Part shown: in pieces, positions 25,202 through 35,023 of the stretch
Position numbering within the stretch: the first letter of the stretch is position 1
Layout of the letters: each line of letters begins with the position of its first letter
Assembly: GCA_038213805.1 (NCBI GenBank)
Contig: JBBQSO010000002.1
Span: 74,361 to 138,360 of the forward strand
Direction: 5' to 3'
DNA from: Planctomycetota bacterium
Lineage (GTDB): Bacteria > Planctomycetota > UBA11346
DNA: 64,000 nt
Notes under the pieces: generated by a model
The model's input: only the letters and a program-made list of their open reading frames with translations
Databases searched by the model: none
What the model was told of the DNA's origin: nothing
Position numbers and translations under genes: made by a program

Positions 25202-25673
25202 CCTCACCCAGCACCGTCCAATTCGCGAACGTCGCCGCCTGACCCGCCGGCGCCCCATCTTCGTCCACCAGGTTCCACAGCAGCGCGTCTTCGATGCGGA
25301 AGCGCCGGCCGGTCGCGGTGATGCGGATGCCGCGGTAACCGGCGAAGAAGCCGTCGCGCTGCGCCTGGGCGAGCATCGCGGCGCGCTCCGGGCCGAACTC
25401 GGGTTCGGCTGAACGGCGCGAGGGCAGGGCCAGGAAGCTGGGCCAGTCGAGTTCCCACAGGTGTTGGGCGGTGTGGTTGGCATAGATGAACAGCGGGTCG
25501 GGGCCCGGCGCATGCGCCAGGACCACCGCCGGCAGCTCGTACAAGTCGCGGGCGAGCTCCGCCGCCGGCGCCTCCGGCACCAGCTCGCGACCGGTCCAGC
25601 GGCGGTGGCTGGCCACGATGATGCGGCTCAGGCGCTGGATCGCCGGGGTCTGCCAGGGCGGGGGTGCGCTCAT
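25161..25673 (-). CDS. MEKHLA domain protein
   Basis: DPLFIYANHTAQHLWE, LPSRRSAE, YRGIRITATGRRFRIE and GQAATF motifs; tail is repeat-derived. Confidence 0.88.
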   Translation of the reverse strand: MSAPPPWQTPAIQRLSRIIVASHRRWTGRELVPEAPAAELARDLYELPAVVLAHAPGPDPLFIYANHTAQHLWELDWPSFLALPSRRSAEPEFGPERAAMLAQAQRDGFFAGYRGIRITATGRRFRIEDALLWNLVDEDGAPAGQAATFANWTVLGEGPEVRKSGGPEVS

Positions 25674-25811
25674 GGGTGTAGGCTATGACAGCCCCGCCGA
25701 GGCCAAGAGGCCCCTCCCCGTGACCACCCGGGCGCGGAGTTGTAAACCTTGGTCGGAAACAACACTCGCCCTCGGGCGTTTATCTGACCAGCCACCCTCC
25801 GGAACCCGTCC

Positions 25812-26756
25812 ATGCCTGTCGTGACCAGCCGCTCCGCCTCCATCCTGCGCCGGGCCCTGCCCTGCGCCCTGCTGCTGCTTGCGGTGGTGCCCCTGGCCTC
25901 GGCCGGCGAGGACGGCGGTTTCTCGCTGTGGCGGCTGTTCGGGCGCCTGCACGTGCTGGTGGTGCACTTCCCCGTCGCCCTGCTGCTGGTCGCCGCCCTG
26001 GTCGAGGTGGTGCAGTGGAAGCGCCGCGAGGTGTCGGAGACCACCCTATGGTTCGTGATCGTGGGCGCGATCAGCGCGGTCGGCGCCGCGGCGATGGGCT
26101 GGGCCAACGGTGATGAGCACCATGACGGCGGCCTCGACCTGCTGCTGCACCGCTGGCTGGGCGTCGCCACCGCGGTGCTGTCCTGCGTGACCGCCGGTAT
26201 CGCCCTGCGCCTGCGCACCGCCGATTTCGGGGTGATGCCGCGCCGCGTGTTCCGCGTCCTGCTCTTCACCACGTCGATGGTGGTGGGCGCGACCGGCCAC
26301 TTCGGCGGCAACCTGGTGCACGGCTCCGACTACGTGACGTCGGCCCTGCCGGCCTGGGCGAAGGCGCTGATGCCGACCGTGGCGGAACGCCACAGCGATC
26401 CGGCGACCGCACCGGGAACCCTAGCGGTCGACCCCGCCGCCCTGAACGGCCCCGTCGATTTCACCCGCGACATCGAGCCGATCTTCAAGAAGTCCTGCTA
26501 TGAGTGCCACAACGACAAGGAGCAGAAGGGGAAGCTGCGCATGGACAGCCGCGAGGCCCTGCTCAAGGGCGGCGAGAACGGCCCCGGCTTCGAACTCGGC
26601 AACGGCGACAAGAGCGCGATCATCCAGCGCATCCGCGGCGAGGGCGACGACCCGCGCATGCCGAAGAAGAAGCCGCCGCTGAATGCCGATCAGACCGAGG
26701 TGATCAAGCGCTGGATCGATCAGGGAGCGGTGTGGGCGAAGGCCAAGGACGGCTGA
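25812..26756 (+). CDS. Membrane protein (DUF2231-like) fused to a planctomycete-type cytochrome c domain
   Basis: RLHVLVVHFPVALL, H-R-W-L-G, GHFGGNLVHG; VDFTRDIEPIF..CYECH..MP..WIDQGA. Confidence 0.88.
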   Translation: MPVVTSRSASILRRALPCALLLLAVVPLASAGEDGGFSLWRLFGRLHVLVVHFPVALLLVAALVEVVQWKRREVSETTLWFVIVGAISAVGAAAMGWANGDEHHDGGLDLLLHRWLGVATAVLSCVTAGIALRLRTADFGVMPRRVFRVLLFTTSMVVGATGHFGGNLVHGSDYVTSALPAWAKALMPTVAERHSDPATAPGTLAVDPAALNGPVDFTRDIEPIFKKSCYECHNDKEQKGKLRMDSREALLKGGENGPGFELGNGDKSAIIQRIRGEGDDPRMPKKKPPLNADQTEVIKRWIDQGAVWAKAKDG

Positions 26757-26950
26757 TGGCTGATGGCTGATGGCTGATGGCTGATGGCTGATGGCTGATG
26801 GCTGATGGCTGATGGCTGATGGCTGATGGCTGACGACCGGCGCGGGGCGCCGGTCGTCTATTCGTACCTGGCTGGTCGCAGCGCTGATGCTGCAGTACGT
26901 CGATGGGCAGAACGCGGCCGCTGTCAGCTGCCAGCTGACAGCCGTCAGCC
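26751..26950. repeat. (GGCTGAT)11 heptamer array with a degenerate inverted partner at 26923-26950 and a 12-bp hairpin at 26832-26858
   Basis: 11 perfect units at 26751-26827 plus ggctgac; partner gtcagct gccagct gacagcc gtcagcc. Confidence 0.95.
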
Positions 26951-27013
26951 AGAAGGATCCCTGCCACCCGGCCACGCACATTGCGCTCCTGGATCCGCTC
27001 CGACCATCCAGCA

Positions 27014-28150
27014 ATGCTGATCCCCTGGGCCACCGATGCTCCGGTCTATCACCGTCCGTGGGGCACCATCGGGCTGATCATCGCCAACATCCTGATCTTC
27101 GCCTGGGAGCTCCACGCCGATCCTGAGACCATCGCGGATCTGGTCCTGCGCTTCGGCGATGGCTATCATCCGGTGCAGTGGCTGACCAACCACTTCCTGC
27201 ACGCCGACATCATGCACCTGCTCGGCAATATGGTGTTCCTGTGGGTCTTCGGCCTGATCGTCGAGGGCAAGCTCGGCTGGCGGCGCTTCCTGCCGCTCTA
27301 TCTCGGCATCTGCCTGCTCGACTCGGTGATCGTGCAGAGCGCGATGCTCGGCGCCGACGAGGGCGGCGCGCTCGGCGCGTCGGGCGCGATCTTCGCGCTG
27401 ATGCTCATCAGCCTGGTGTGGGCGCCGGCGAACGAGATCAGCTGCCTGCTGTTCATCTGGATCGTGCCCAAGACCTTCGACGCACCGGTGTGGGTGATCT
27501 GCACGCTCTTCCTGCTGTGGAACGTGCTGATGGCCGCGCTCGACTCCTTCACCATGGGCACCGCCATGCTGCACCTCAGCGGTGCGCTGGTCGGGGCCGG
27601 CGCGGGCGTGCTGGCGGTGCGCAGGACATGGGTGGACTGCGAGGGCTGGGACGTGTTCTCGCGCGTGGCGAACTGGCGCGGCAAGGCGCCGCCGCGGGCA
27701 GCCGTGCGCAGCGTCGACGAGTCGACCGTGAAGCACGACCTGGCCGAACGCCGCGCCCAGGCCCAGGCGCTGATCCGCGAGTACGTCGTCAGCGGCGAAG
27801 GCGCCCTGGCCTTGCGCGTGCTGCGTGAGGCGACCCTCGCGACCGGCCGCTGGGGGCTCGAGCGTTCTGATCTGCTCGGCCTGATCGACGCGCTGATCGC
27901 CGAGCGCGCCTTCACCGAGGTGCGGCCGCTGCTCGCCGAGGCGCTGCAGCGCTTCCCTGACGCCGCGCCCGGCCTGCGCCTGCACGAGGCGCGCATGCTG
28001 CTCGACCTGCGCCGCCCGGCCAAGGCCCTTGAGCTGCTCGACGCGCTGGAACCCGACGCCCTCGACGCGCACCAACAGGGCGAACGCGAGCGCCTGCGCG
28101 GCGCCGCACGCACGCTGATCGCCGCGGGCGTCCTCGAGATCGACGATTGA
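27014..28150 (+). CDS. Rhomboid intramembrane serine protease with C-terminal helical (TPR-like) domain
   Basis: FLHADIMHLLGNM, GASG catalytic Ser, LHLSG catalytic His. Confidence 0.92.
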   Translation: MLIPWATDAPVYHRPWGTIGLIIANILIFAWELHADPETIADLVLRFGDGYHPVQWLTNHFLHADIMHLLGNMVFLWVFGLIVEGKLGWRRFLPLYLGICLLDSVIVQSAMLGADEGGALGASGAIFALMLISLVWAPANEISCLLFIWIVPKTFDAPVWVICTLFLLWNVLMAALDSFTMGTAMLHLSGALVGAGAGVLAVRRTWVDCEGWDVFSRVANWRGKAPPRAAVRSVDESTVKHDLAERRAQAQALIREYVVSGEGALALRVLREATLATGRWGLERSDLLGLIDALIAERAFTEVRPLLAEALQRFPDAAPGLRLHEARMLLDLRRPAKALELLDALEPDALDAHQQGERERLRGAARTLIAAGVLEIDD

Positions 28151-28203
28151 CGGCCGCTGCGGATGACGCTTCCCGGCCTGCGCGGCGCAACGACGCTGGT
28201 GCC

Positions 28204-29238
28204 ATGGGCACGAACCGTCAGGTGCAGGTCATGGCGCTCGTCGCACTCATGGCCGTGGCCGGCTGCGGGCCGCGTCCCGGCGAACGCGCAGGGGTCGCGC
28301 CGGGCTTCCCGCCGGAAGCCTGGCGCGAGATGGCGGATCTGATCGCGGCGAACTGGGTGCGCGACCTCGCCGACGACTTCACCCTGGCGATCGCCGTCGC
28401 CGGACCCGAGGCGCGCGCGCAGCTCGTAGCCGCCTATGCCACGGTCGGCACCTGGTGGGCGCAGGACCATGTGCCGGGCGACTTCACCGCGCGCACCTGG
28501 CTCGAGAGGCAGCCACGCGCTGAGCTCGAGGCCCTGGCGCGCCACCTGCGCGCCGCCGCCACGCCGCTGCGCGCCGCCGGGCTGCTGCCACAATTGCCCC
28601 GCCCGGAGCATCCACCGGGCCTGAGCGGCGCGCCCTTCGGCGATGCCATCACCGTCGCGCACGGCGCCGCGCCCGACGTTCTGGTCGCCTACGAGCTGCA
28701 GCTTGAATTCAGCAGCGCGGCGCTCGCCATCGACGCCGCTGACGACGTTGGTCGCCCGCCGACCGCCGCGGAGATCACCGAGTACCGCCGCGCCCACGAG
28801 GTCATGCGCCCGTCCGACTACGCCCCCCTCGCCGCCCACCAGGTGCGCGGTCTGGAACACTTCTGGGGGCATGCGGGGTTCGACGCGGCGCGCTTCGCCG
28901 ACGGCCTGTGGGGCATGACCAGCGCCGGTGAATGGACCTCATCGCTGCATTCCCTGGCACGCTGGCTGAAGTGGCTCGACGCCTGGGATGGCATCCTGGC
29001 CACCGGCGAGGTCCCCGACCTGACCAGCGCTGCGCAGGCGACGGTCGCGCCCGGAGCCGCCGCGAATGCCGATTTCGTGCGCGACAAACGGCATCCTCCG
29101 GCTAGCATGCCCGGTACTCCCGGCCACCTTTCCGGAGCCAAACCATGCGTCACGCCGCCCTCGCCAGCCTCGCCCTCGCCAGCCTCGCCGGGTGCGCCAG
29201 CCTTCGCGCCGAGACCGCCGGCCCCGTCACGGAAGTGA
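28204..29238 (+). CDS. Hypothetical lipoprotein (3' end uncertain)
   Basis: VAGC lipobox; GC-rich third positions through most of the ORF; overlaps the next gene by 94 bp. Confidence 0.5.
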   Translation: MGTNRQVQVMALVALMAVAGCGPRPGERAGVAPGFPPEAWREMADLIAANWVRDLADDFTLAIAVAGPEARAQLVAAYATVGTWWAQDHVPGDFTARTWLERQPRAELEALARHLRAAATPLRAAGLLPQLPRPEHPPGLSGAPFGDAITVAHGAAPDVLVAYELQLEFSSAALAIDAADDVGRPPTAAEITEYRRAHEVMRPSDYAPLAAHQVRGLEHFWGHAGFDAARFADGLWGMTSAGEWTSSLHSLARWLKWLDAWDGILATGEVPDLTSAAQATVAPGAAANADFVRDKRHPPASMPGTPGHLSGAKPCVTPPSPASPSPASPGAPAFAPRPPAPSRK

Positions 29239-29675
29239 CCGCCCTCGAGACCATCACCCTGGTCGACCAGCGGGTGCTGACTGGCACCTACGATCCCGAA
29301 TCAGGACGCGTCCAGGTGCCGGGACCGATCGCCTTCGCACTGACCCTGACCGCCGAGCAAATCGCGAGCCGCCGTGCGGCCACCGCCGCCGAGATCGCGG
29401 CGGTGCAGCCCAAGCCGGTGGTGGTGCTGACCCCCGAGGAGCGCGCCGCGCGCGCCGCAGCGGCCATGGAGCGCGCCGCCGAGCAGGCCAAGCTCGATGA
29501 GGCAACGCGCAAGGACGACGACAAGCGCGCCGCGGAGCGCAAGGTCGAGGACGACAAGCGCCACCAGGAGCGCGAGGCGCGCCTCGCGCGCGAGCGCACC
29601 GATGCCCTGTTGCGCGCTCAGGCCGCCGCGGCCGCCAATGGCGGTGGTGGCGGCGGGGTCAAGAAGGCCTATTGA
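29145..29675 (+). CDS. Hypothetical lipoprotein with charged coiled-coil C-terminus
   Basis: GGAG RBS; LAGC lipobox; E/R/K/D-rich helix. Confidence 0.7.
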   Translation: MRHAALASLALASLAGCASLRAETAGPVTEVTALETITLVDQRVLTGTYDPESGRVQVPGPIAFALTLTAEQIASRRAATAAEIAAVQPKPVVVLTPEERAARAAAAMERAAEQAKLDEATRKDDDKRAAERKVEDDKRHQEREARLARERTDALLRAQAAAAANGGGGGGVKKAY

Positions 29676-29691
29676 TCAGGCCGCGGCCGCC

Positions 29692-29991
29692 TCAGCCGAG
29701 CGAATCGTAGATCGTCACACGGCTCCAAAAGCCGGCGCAGGCATCGCGGAAGCGATCGTGGATCGGGTGCACCTGGTAGACCTCCTGGGCAGCCTCGTCG
29801 TCGAAGCTGACGACCAGCGAGGTGGTGTAGCTGCGCTCAATCACCGGGCGGTTGGTCGGCGCGGGTTTGCCGACGTGGGCGAGACGCACCCCGGGGATGG
29901 TGAGCAGGCTGCGCACGCCCGCATCGAAGGTCTTCAGCTGATCCGCGGTGAGACCGGGTTTGAGCCAAAAATAGACGGCATGGACAAACAT
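29692..29991 (-). CDS. Dabb (stress-responsive A/B barrel) family protein
   Basis: FVHAVYFWLK, YQVHPIH, VTIYD. Confidence 0.88.
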   Translation of the reverse strand: MFVHAVYFWLKPGLTADQLKTFDAGVRSLLTIPGVRLAHVGKPAPTNRPVIERSYTTSLVVSFDDEAAQEVYQVHPIHDRFRDACAGFWSRVTIYDSLG

Positions 29992-30012
29992 GGGACCTCG
30001 GGAGGGGAATGG

Positions 30013-30332
30013 GTCCGGAAGTCCGGCAGTCCGGAAGTCCGGAAGTCTCGTGATGCGGTCGGCGCCGGGGATCCGCGGGCCGGACGGCCCGGCTACGGTT
30101 CCAGCGCACTCGTGCGCCGGATGCTGGGTCATGGCGCGGGGCTGTCTAGGGAGAGAAGTCCGGGAGTCCGGAAGTCCGGAAGTCTCGTGATGCATGGCGG
30201 CGCGCATTTCCGGCCGCGCCGCCATGCCCACTGAAACCCGAGTTCATAATCCGCCGCCAAGTCCCAGGAGACTTCCGGACCTCCGGACTCCCGGACTCCC
30301 GGACTTCCGGACCTCCGGCAGTCGGACTTCTC
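30013..30332. repeat. Three GTCCGGAA arrays: two direct copies (30013-30056, 30152-30193) and one inverted (30268-30332)
   Basis: Both left arms end in GTCTCGTGATGC; the right arm starts GAGACTTCCGGAC. Confidence 0.92.
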
Positions 30333-30339
30333 CCCCGCC

Positions 30340-33300
30340 TCACTCCTCGAAGCGCAGCCAGTTCAGATTGAACAACCCACCACCCTGACCCTTGAAGACC
30401 AGGTAGAGGTCGTGCACGCCGCCCGGATCCTTGACCGCGCCCTGGACCTCGGCCCACTTCTGCCAGTCGCCGGTGGGCTTGACCTCGGCGCTGCCGATGA
30501 GATCGCCCTCGGGCTTGTCGAGGTGCACCTCGATGGTGCCGCCGCTGCCCGCGGAGGCGACGCGGAACGTCATCTTGGTGGTGCCATCCAGGCCGATGTC
30601 CGCGAACTTCATCCAGTCGCCGTTGTCGATGAAGCCGATACTCTTGCCACCGCCGGAGTCCTTGGTGTCCTCGGTCTGCACGCCGTGCTGGTCGCTGAAC
30701 GACGAGGCGCGCACCATGCGGTTGCGCAGCACCACGGTGGTGCGCACGGTGTTGCTCGGGATCTCCTTGCCGTCAGCGGTCTTGACCTTGCGATCGGTGT
30801 AGGTCGCGGTCAGCAGGTAGATGCCGGTGTCGTCCTTGGGCTTCGGCACCACGGTAAAGGCGCCGCTGGCGCCCGCCAGCTCGGGCGGGGTCTCGGCCAG
30901 GGAGAGGATCCAACCGACCATTTCCGAGACCACCTCCTTGCTGTGCTGCGGGTGCGCGGCCATGGCGATCGGTCCCCACACCCCGCCGCCGCCGGTGATG
31001 ATCTTCTGGGCGAGCTTCTCGACGATGCCCTTCTCGTCGTGGTATTTCGCGGCGATCATGGTGAAGGCCGGCCCGACCGACTGCACCGCCGGCTGGTGGC
31101 AGGCCATGCAGTCGCTGGCCAGGATGAGCTGCCGCCCCTTGACCGAGCCACCCATCATCGACTGCTCGAAGCCGACCAGGTCCTTGGGTTCGGCGCCGAT
31201 GATGTACTGGGCGCTGAACTTGACGCGCGTGCTGATCTTGCCATCGGCGGTGCTGCCGTCCTCGGCGTCGGTCACGTCGATCTGGTAGCTCAGATTCTTG
31301 CCCCACGAGAAGAAGCCGCCGCCCTTCGGCGCGGTGATGGCGATGGTCGGCACGGCGTTGCCGACGGTGATCGGCACTACCGCGATCGCCGACTTGCCGC
31401 CCTGGTCGGTGACCGTGAGCTTGGCCTGGTAGAGGCCGGGCTTGGCGAAGGTGAAGGTCGGGTTGGGCTCGCTCGACTCGACCGCGTCGCCGGTGAAGCG
31501 CCACTCGTACTTCAGCACGTCGCCGTCATCCTTGTCGTAGGTGCCGGTACTGGTGAATTTCACCGCCAGCGGCTCCTTGCCGGCGGTCACATCGCTGCCC
31601 GCCTTGGCGACCGGCGCGCGATTTCCCGCGATGTAGTCGATGCGGATGACCTGCGAGTCCTTGGTGTCCCACCACTGGGTGCCCCACAGGATCACGTACA
31701 GCGAGCCGTCAGGACCGAAGCGCATGTCCATCGGCTTCATCCAGGTGAAGGTGGGCATGAAAGGCACCATGGTCTGCCGGGGATCGGCAGCGGTGGTGTC
31801 GAGGGTCTTGACCCAGTTGCGCATCCACTCGTAGAGGAACAGCTTGCCGTCGTACCAGGCCGGGAATTGGGTGCCGTTCTTGAGCTTGGGATCGAAGTGG
31901 TAGACCGGGCCGGACATCGCGCAGCGGCCGCCCTCGCCGAGGTCCGGGAACTCCTCCGACTTCGAGTATGGGTACCACATCCACGCGGGCTGCGCGGGCG
32001 GCAGCTCATGGATGCCGGTGTTGACCGGCGAATCATTGATCGGGTGGGCCGGGTCAAACTTGTCGCCGAGCTTCTTGGTAGCGAAGTCGTAGGCCGCGTA
32101 CGGCTTGTTGTCGCCGACGAACAGCGGCCAGCCGAAGTACCCGGCCTTGGTCGCGCGGTTGAATTCATCATGCCCCTTGGGGCCGCGCTCGCCGTCCTTG
32201 CCCGAGTCGGGACCGACCTCGCCCCAATAGAGGTAACCGGTGACGCTGTCGACCGCGTGGCGGAACGGGTTGCGGCAGCCCATCACGTAGATCTCAGGCC
32301 GGGTCTTGTCGGTGCCAGGCGGGAAGAGGTTGCCCTTCGGGATGGTGTAGGTGCCGTCCGCCTCGGGGTGGATGCGCAGGATCTTGCCGCGCAGGTCCAT
32401 GGTGTTCGAGGCGCTGGCGCGCGCGTCCTTGCCGGGCTCGCGGTAGTCCATCGGCGAGAAGCCGTCGGACTCGAAGGGCGTGGTGTTGTCGCCGCACGAC
32501 ATGTACAGGTTGCCGCCGGGCCCGAAGCTCAGGCAGCCGCCGCAGTGGCCGACGATGGTGCGGACGTCCTTGACCACCAGCAGGGTCTTCTCGGTCGCGA
32601 GGTCGATGGTGTCGCCGCTGACGGTGAAGCGCGCGAGGTGCTCCTCCGCCGCCTCGCCGGGCATGGCGCGCAGGATGTACACCCAGTGGTTGGTCATGAA
32701 GTCGGGATCCAGGACGATGCCGATGCAGCCGTCCTCGGTGTTGCCCTTCTCGCCGCTGCGCAGCGAGTAGGTCGGCAGCTTGGCGACCTCGACCACCGCT
32801 TTGGTGTCCGGCTTGTAGCACGAGATCACGCCGAACTTGCCGCACCAGAAGACCCGGCCGTCGGCGGCGACGGACAGCTCCATCGGGAAGTCGGAGCCGC
32901 TCCCCAGCGAGGTGATCTCGAAGCGCGAATCGGACGGGCGCGCCTTGCCGAAATCGAGCGCCGGCCCTGCCGCCGCCCACTGCACGCCGCCGAGCAGGTG
33001 CTTGAGGTAGAGCGGTTCGGCGTAGCTCTCATCGGTGTGGCCCATCTCGGTGTAGAAGGCGCGGCCGCCCTCGTACTCGTGGTACCAGGCGAGCGGGTGC
33101 TCGGCGCCCATCTTGGTCGGGCCCGCGTCGTAGCTGGTCTCGTCGATCTTGAGCAGGATGTGGACGTCCTTGGGCAGCTGGCGGAAGTTGTACCACTCGT
33201 CGAAGCGCTCGAAGCTCGCGGGCATGCCGGCGGTCGACGGGTGGTTACCGTCGACGAGCACGACCTTGGCCTTCTGCTGCGCGGGGTGGCCAGCGAAGTA

Positions 33301-33750
33301 GGCGCCGGAGAGCTTGCCGTACCACGGCCAGTCGTACTCGGTGTCGGTCGCCGAGTGCACGCCGACATAGCCGCCGCCGGCCTGGATGTAGCGCGTGAAG
33401 GCCTCCTTCTGCCCGGCGTCGAGCACCGTGCCGGTGGTGCACAGCCACATCACCACTTTGTAGTTCTTGAGGTTGGCCTCGGTGAACAGCGCGGCGTCCT
33501 CGGTGGCGTCGACGCCGAAGCCGTTCTCGGCGCCGAGCTTCTTCACCGCCTCGACGCCCTTGGCGATCGCCCCACCGTGGCGGAACCCGGCGGTCTTGGA
33601 GAAGACCAGCACCTTGTAGGCGTCCGCGGCGCCGGCGAGTCCAGCGAGCGCGAGCAGCAGCGCGAGCGCCAGGACGCGCGTCAGCACAGCAGGGACGGCA
33701 GGGACGGAAAGTCGGACGCGGTCGGTGCAGGACTTGGTGAAAATGCGCAT
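30340..33750 (-). CDS. Multidomain exported protein: ThuA + PQQ/sorbosone-type dehydrogenase + PKD + cytochrome c + CBM6
   Basis: VFSKTAGFRH; GKILRIHP and YVMGCRNPFR; PKD repeat; CMACH..VGP heme motif; CBM6 IGFIDNGDW...FNLNW. Confidence 0.9.
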   Translation of the reverse strand: MRIFTKSCTDRVRLSVPAVPAVLTRVLALALLLALAGLAGAADAYKVLVFSKTAGFRHGGAIAKGVEAVKKLGAENGFGVDATEDAALFTEANLKNYKVVMWLCTTGTVLDAGQKEAFTRYIQAGGGYVGVHSATDTEYDWPWYGKLSGAYFAGHPAQQKAKVVLVDGNHPSTAGMPASFERFDEWYNFRQLPKDVHILLKIDETSYDAGPTKMGAEHPLAWYHEYEGGRAFYTEMGHTDESYAEPLYLKHLLGGVQWAAAGPALDFGKARPSDSRFEITSLGSGSDFPMELSVAADGRVFWCGKFGVISCYKPDTKAVVEVAKLPTYSLRSGEKGNTEDGCIGIVLDPDFMTNHWVYILRAMPGEAAEEHLARFTVSGDTIDLATEKTLLVVKDVRTIVGHCGGCLSFGPGGNLYMSCGDNTTPFESDGFSPMDYREPGKDARASASNTMDLRGKILRIHPEADGTYTIPKGNLFPPGTDKTRPEIYVMGCRNPFRHAVDSVTGYLYWGEVGPDSGKDGERGPKGHDEFNRATKAGYFGWPLFVGDNKPYAAYDFATKKLGDKFDPAHPINDSPVNTGIHELPPAQPAWMWYPYSKSEEFPDLGEGGRCAMSGPVYHFDPKLKNGTQFPAWYDGKLFLYEWMRNWVKTLDTTAADPRQTMVPFMPTFTWMKPMDMRFGPDGSLYVILWGTQWWDTKDSQVIRIDYIAGNRAPVAKAGSDVTAGKEPLAVKFTSTGTYDKDDGDVLKYEWRFTGDAVESSEPNPTFTFAKPGLYQAKLTVTDQGGKSAIAVVPITVGNAVPTIAITAPKGGGFFSWGKNLSYQIDVTDAEDGSTADGKISTRVKFSAQYIIGAEPKDLVGFEQSMMGGSVKGRQLILASDCMACHQPAVQSVGPAFTMIAAKYHDEKGIVEKLAQKIITGGGGVWGPIAMAAHPQHSKEVVSEMVGWILSLAETPPELAGASGAFTVVPKPKDDTGIYLLTATYTDRKVKTADGKEIPSNTVRTTVVLRNRMVRASSFSDQHGVQTEDTKDSGGGKSIGFIDNGDWMKFADIGLDGTTKMTFRVASAGSGGTIEVHLDKPEGDLIGSAEVKPTGDWQKWAEVQGAVKDPGGVHDLYLVFKGQGGGLFNLNWLRFEE

Positions 33751-33814
33751 GTGCTGAGGAACCTCGGGAAGGCGGAAAGGTGTGGGAGTGGTGGAATGGC
33801 GCGCGCGGGCAGCG

Positions 33815-34591
33815 TCACTTCTTGGTGGGCAGCTTGCGGCCGGCGGCGTACTCGATGCCGCCGAGGAGCTGCTGCAGATACAGGGGCTCGGCATAGCTCT
33901 CGTCGGTGTGGCCCATCTCGATGTAGAATGCGCGGCCGCCGTCGTAGTCGTGGTACCACTCGATGGGATGCTCGCCACCCATCGCCCCGCCCTGGTAGGT
34001 GCTCTCGTCGAGCTTGGCGAGAATGTGCAGGTCGGTGCCGAGCGACTTGAAGTTGTACCACTCGTCCTTGCGCTCGATGGCGTCCGGGATTCCTGCGGTG
34101 GCGGGGTGGTTGTGATCGACCACGCGCACGGTGGCCTTCTGCGGCGCGGGGTGGCCGGCGAAGTAGGCGCCCACCAGCTTGCCGTACCACGCCCACTCAT
34201 ACTCGGTGTCAGTCGCCGAGTGGACGCCGACGAAGCCGTTGCCGGCCTGGATGAAGGCGGTGAAGGCCTTGCGCTGGTCGTCGTCCAGGATGTGGCCGGT
34301 GGTGTTGAGGAACATCACCGCCTGGTACTTCTTCAAGGTCTCGGCCGTGAACAGCGCGGCGTCCTCGCTGGCGTCAACGGCGAAGCCGTGCTCCCCGCCG
34401 AGCTTCGTGACCGCGGCGGTGCCGGCCGCGATCGAGCCATGGCGGAAACCGGCGGTTTTCGAGAACACCAGCAGGTTGAAGGGCTTGTCCGCAGTGTCGG
34501 CCGCATTGGCGACGCCGCCGCAGGCGAGCAGCAGGACGGTGGCCACGGGCGCCAGGCGGCGCAGGGTGGACGGGAGGCGGGTGCTGGTCAT
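33815..34591 (-). CDS. ThuA domain protein
   Basis: LVFSKTAGFRH, GVHSATDTEY, DEWYNF and MGHTDESY motifs. Confidence 0.9.
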   Translation of the reverse strand: MTSTRLPSTLRRLAPVATVLLLACGGVANAADTADKPFNLLVFSKTAGFRHGSIAAGTAAVTKLGGEHGFAVDASEDAALFTAETLKKYQAVMFLNTTGHILDDDQRKAFTAFIQAGNGFVGVHSATDTEYEWAWYGKLVGAYFAGHPAPQKATVRVVDHNHPATAGIPDAIERKDEWYNFKSLGTDLHILAKLDESTYQGGAMGGEHPIEWYHDYDGGRAFYIEMGHTDESYAEPLYLQQLLGGIEYAAGRKLPTKK

Positions 34592-35023
34592 GTGGACCTC
34601 GTCTAAGGGAAGGGTGGCGGGACGGGAGCGGGCGGGCCGGAAGCGCCCCGCGCAGGTACCTGGGAATCACGCACGAGCTGAGTCATTACCGAATGCAGGA
34701 CAAGGCGTTGAGGCATGCATCAGAAGCCGCATGCACGGTGGCGATGCTGGAGGAGCGCCTGGACACCTGCATGAGTGTCGGGACACGAGCGTCAAATCGT
34801 TCCACATAATCCCCCGCAATTCCAACTGTGACATGCGGATGCGTCAAAGGCAGATGCAAATCGTCCAAGCGGAATGGACAAACCTGACCGGCATGCGCAG
34901 CCCGGCCGGTCAGCCGGGTATCCCTGAGGCGGAGCAGGTGAGGTCCCGGGACCCCCCGTTCGATCCACGCATGGAACGTCATGCCTCGCTGCGGGTAGGG
35001 ACAAGGCCATGGAGATCATCGCG

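Noticed and set aside
26751..26834. (GGCTGAT)n and GTCCGGAA arrays as CRISPR arrays
   Set aside because: Units are 7-8 bp with no unique spacers, and there are no cas genes in the window
26421..27033. Minus-strand ORFs containing ISHQPSA repeats
   Set aside because: They are translations of the heptamer array, antisense to a well-supported gene
30412..34050. Very long ORFs antisense to or overlapping real genes (1212 aa here; also 1811-3937, 7338-9317, 34979-37492, 38986-41046, 59413-61134)
   Set aside because: Shadow ORFs typical of high-GC DNA; no motifs, and each overlaps a confident gene
33751..34200. N-terminal extension of the 1286-aa ORF, and similar extensions on the glyA, hisH, mnmG, MNIO, SNase-like and 23375 genes
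   Set aside because: They overlap neighbouring genes or regulatory RNA; downstream starts fit the family N-termini better
34592..35008. Riboswitch or ncRNA in the long ThuA-GH spacer (also 7294-7570 and 59320-59690)
   Set aside because: No recognisable conserved motif; a covariance-model search would be needed
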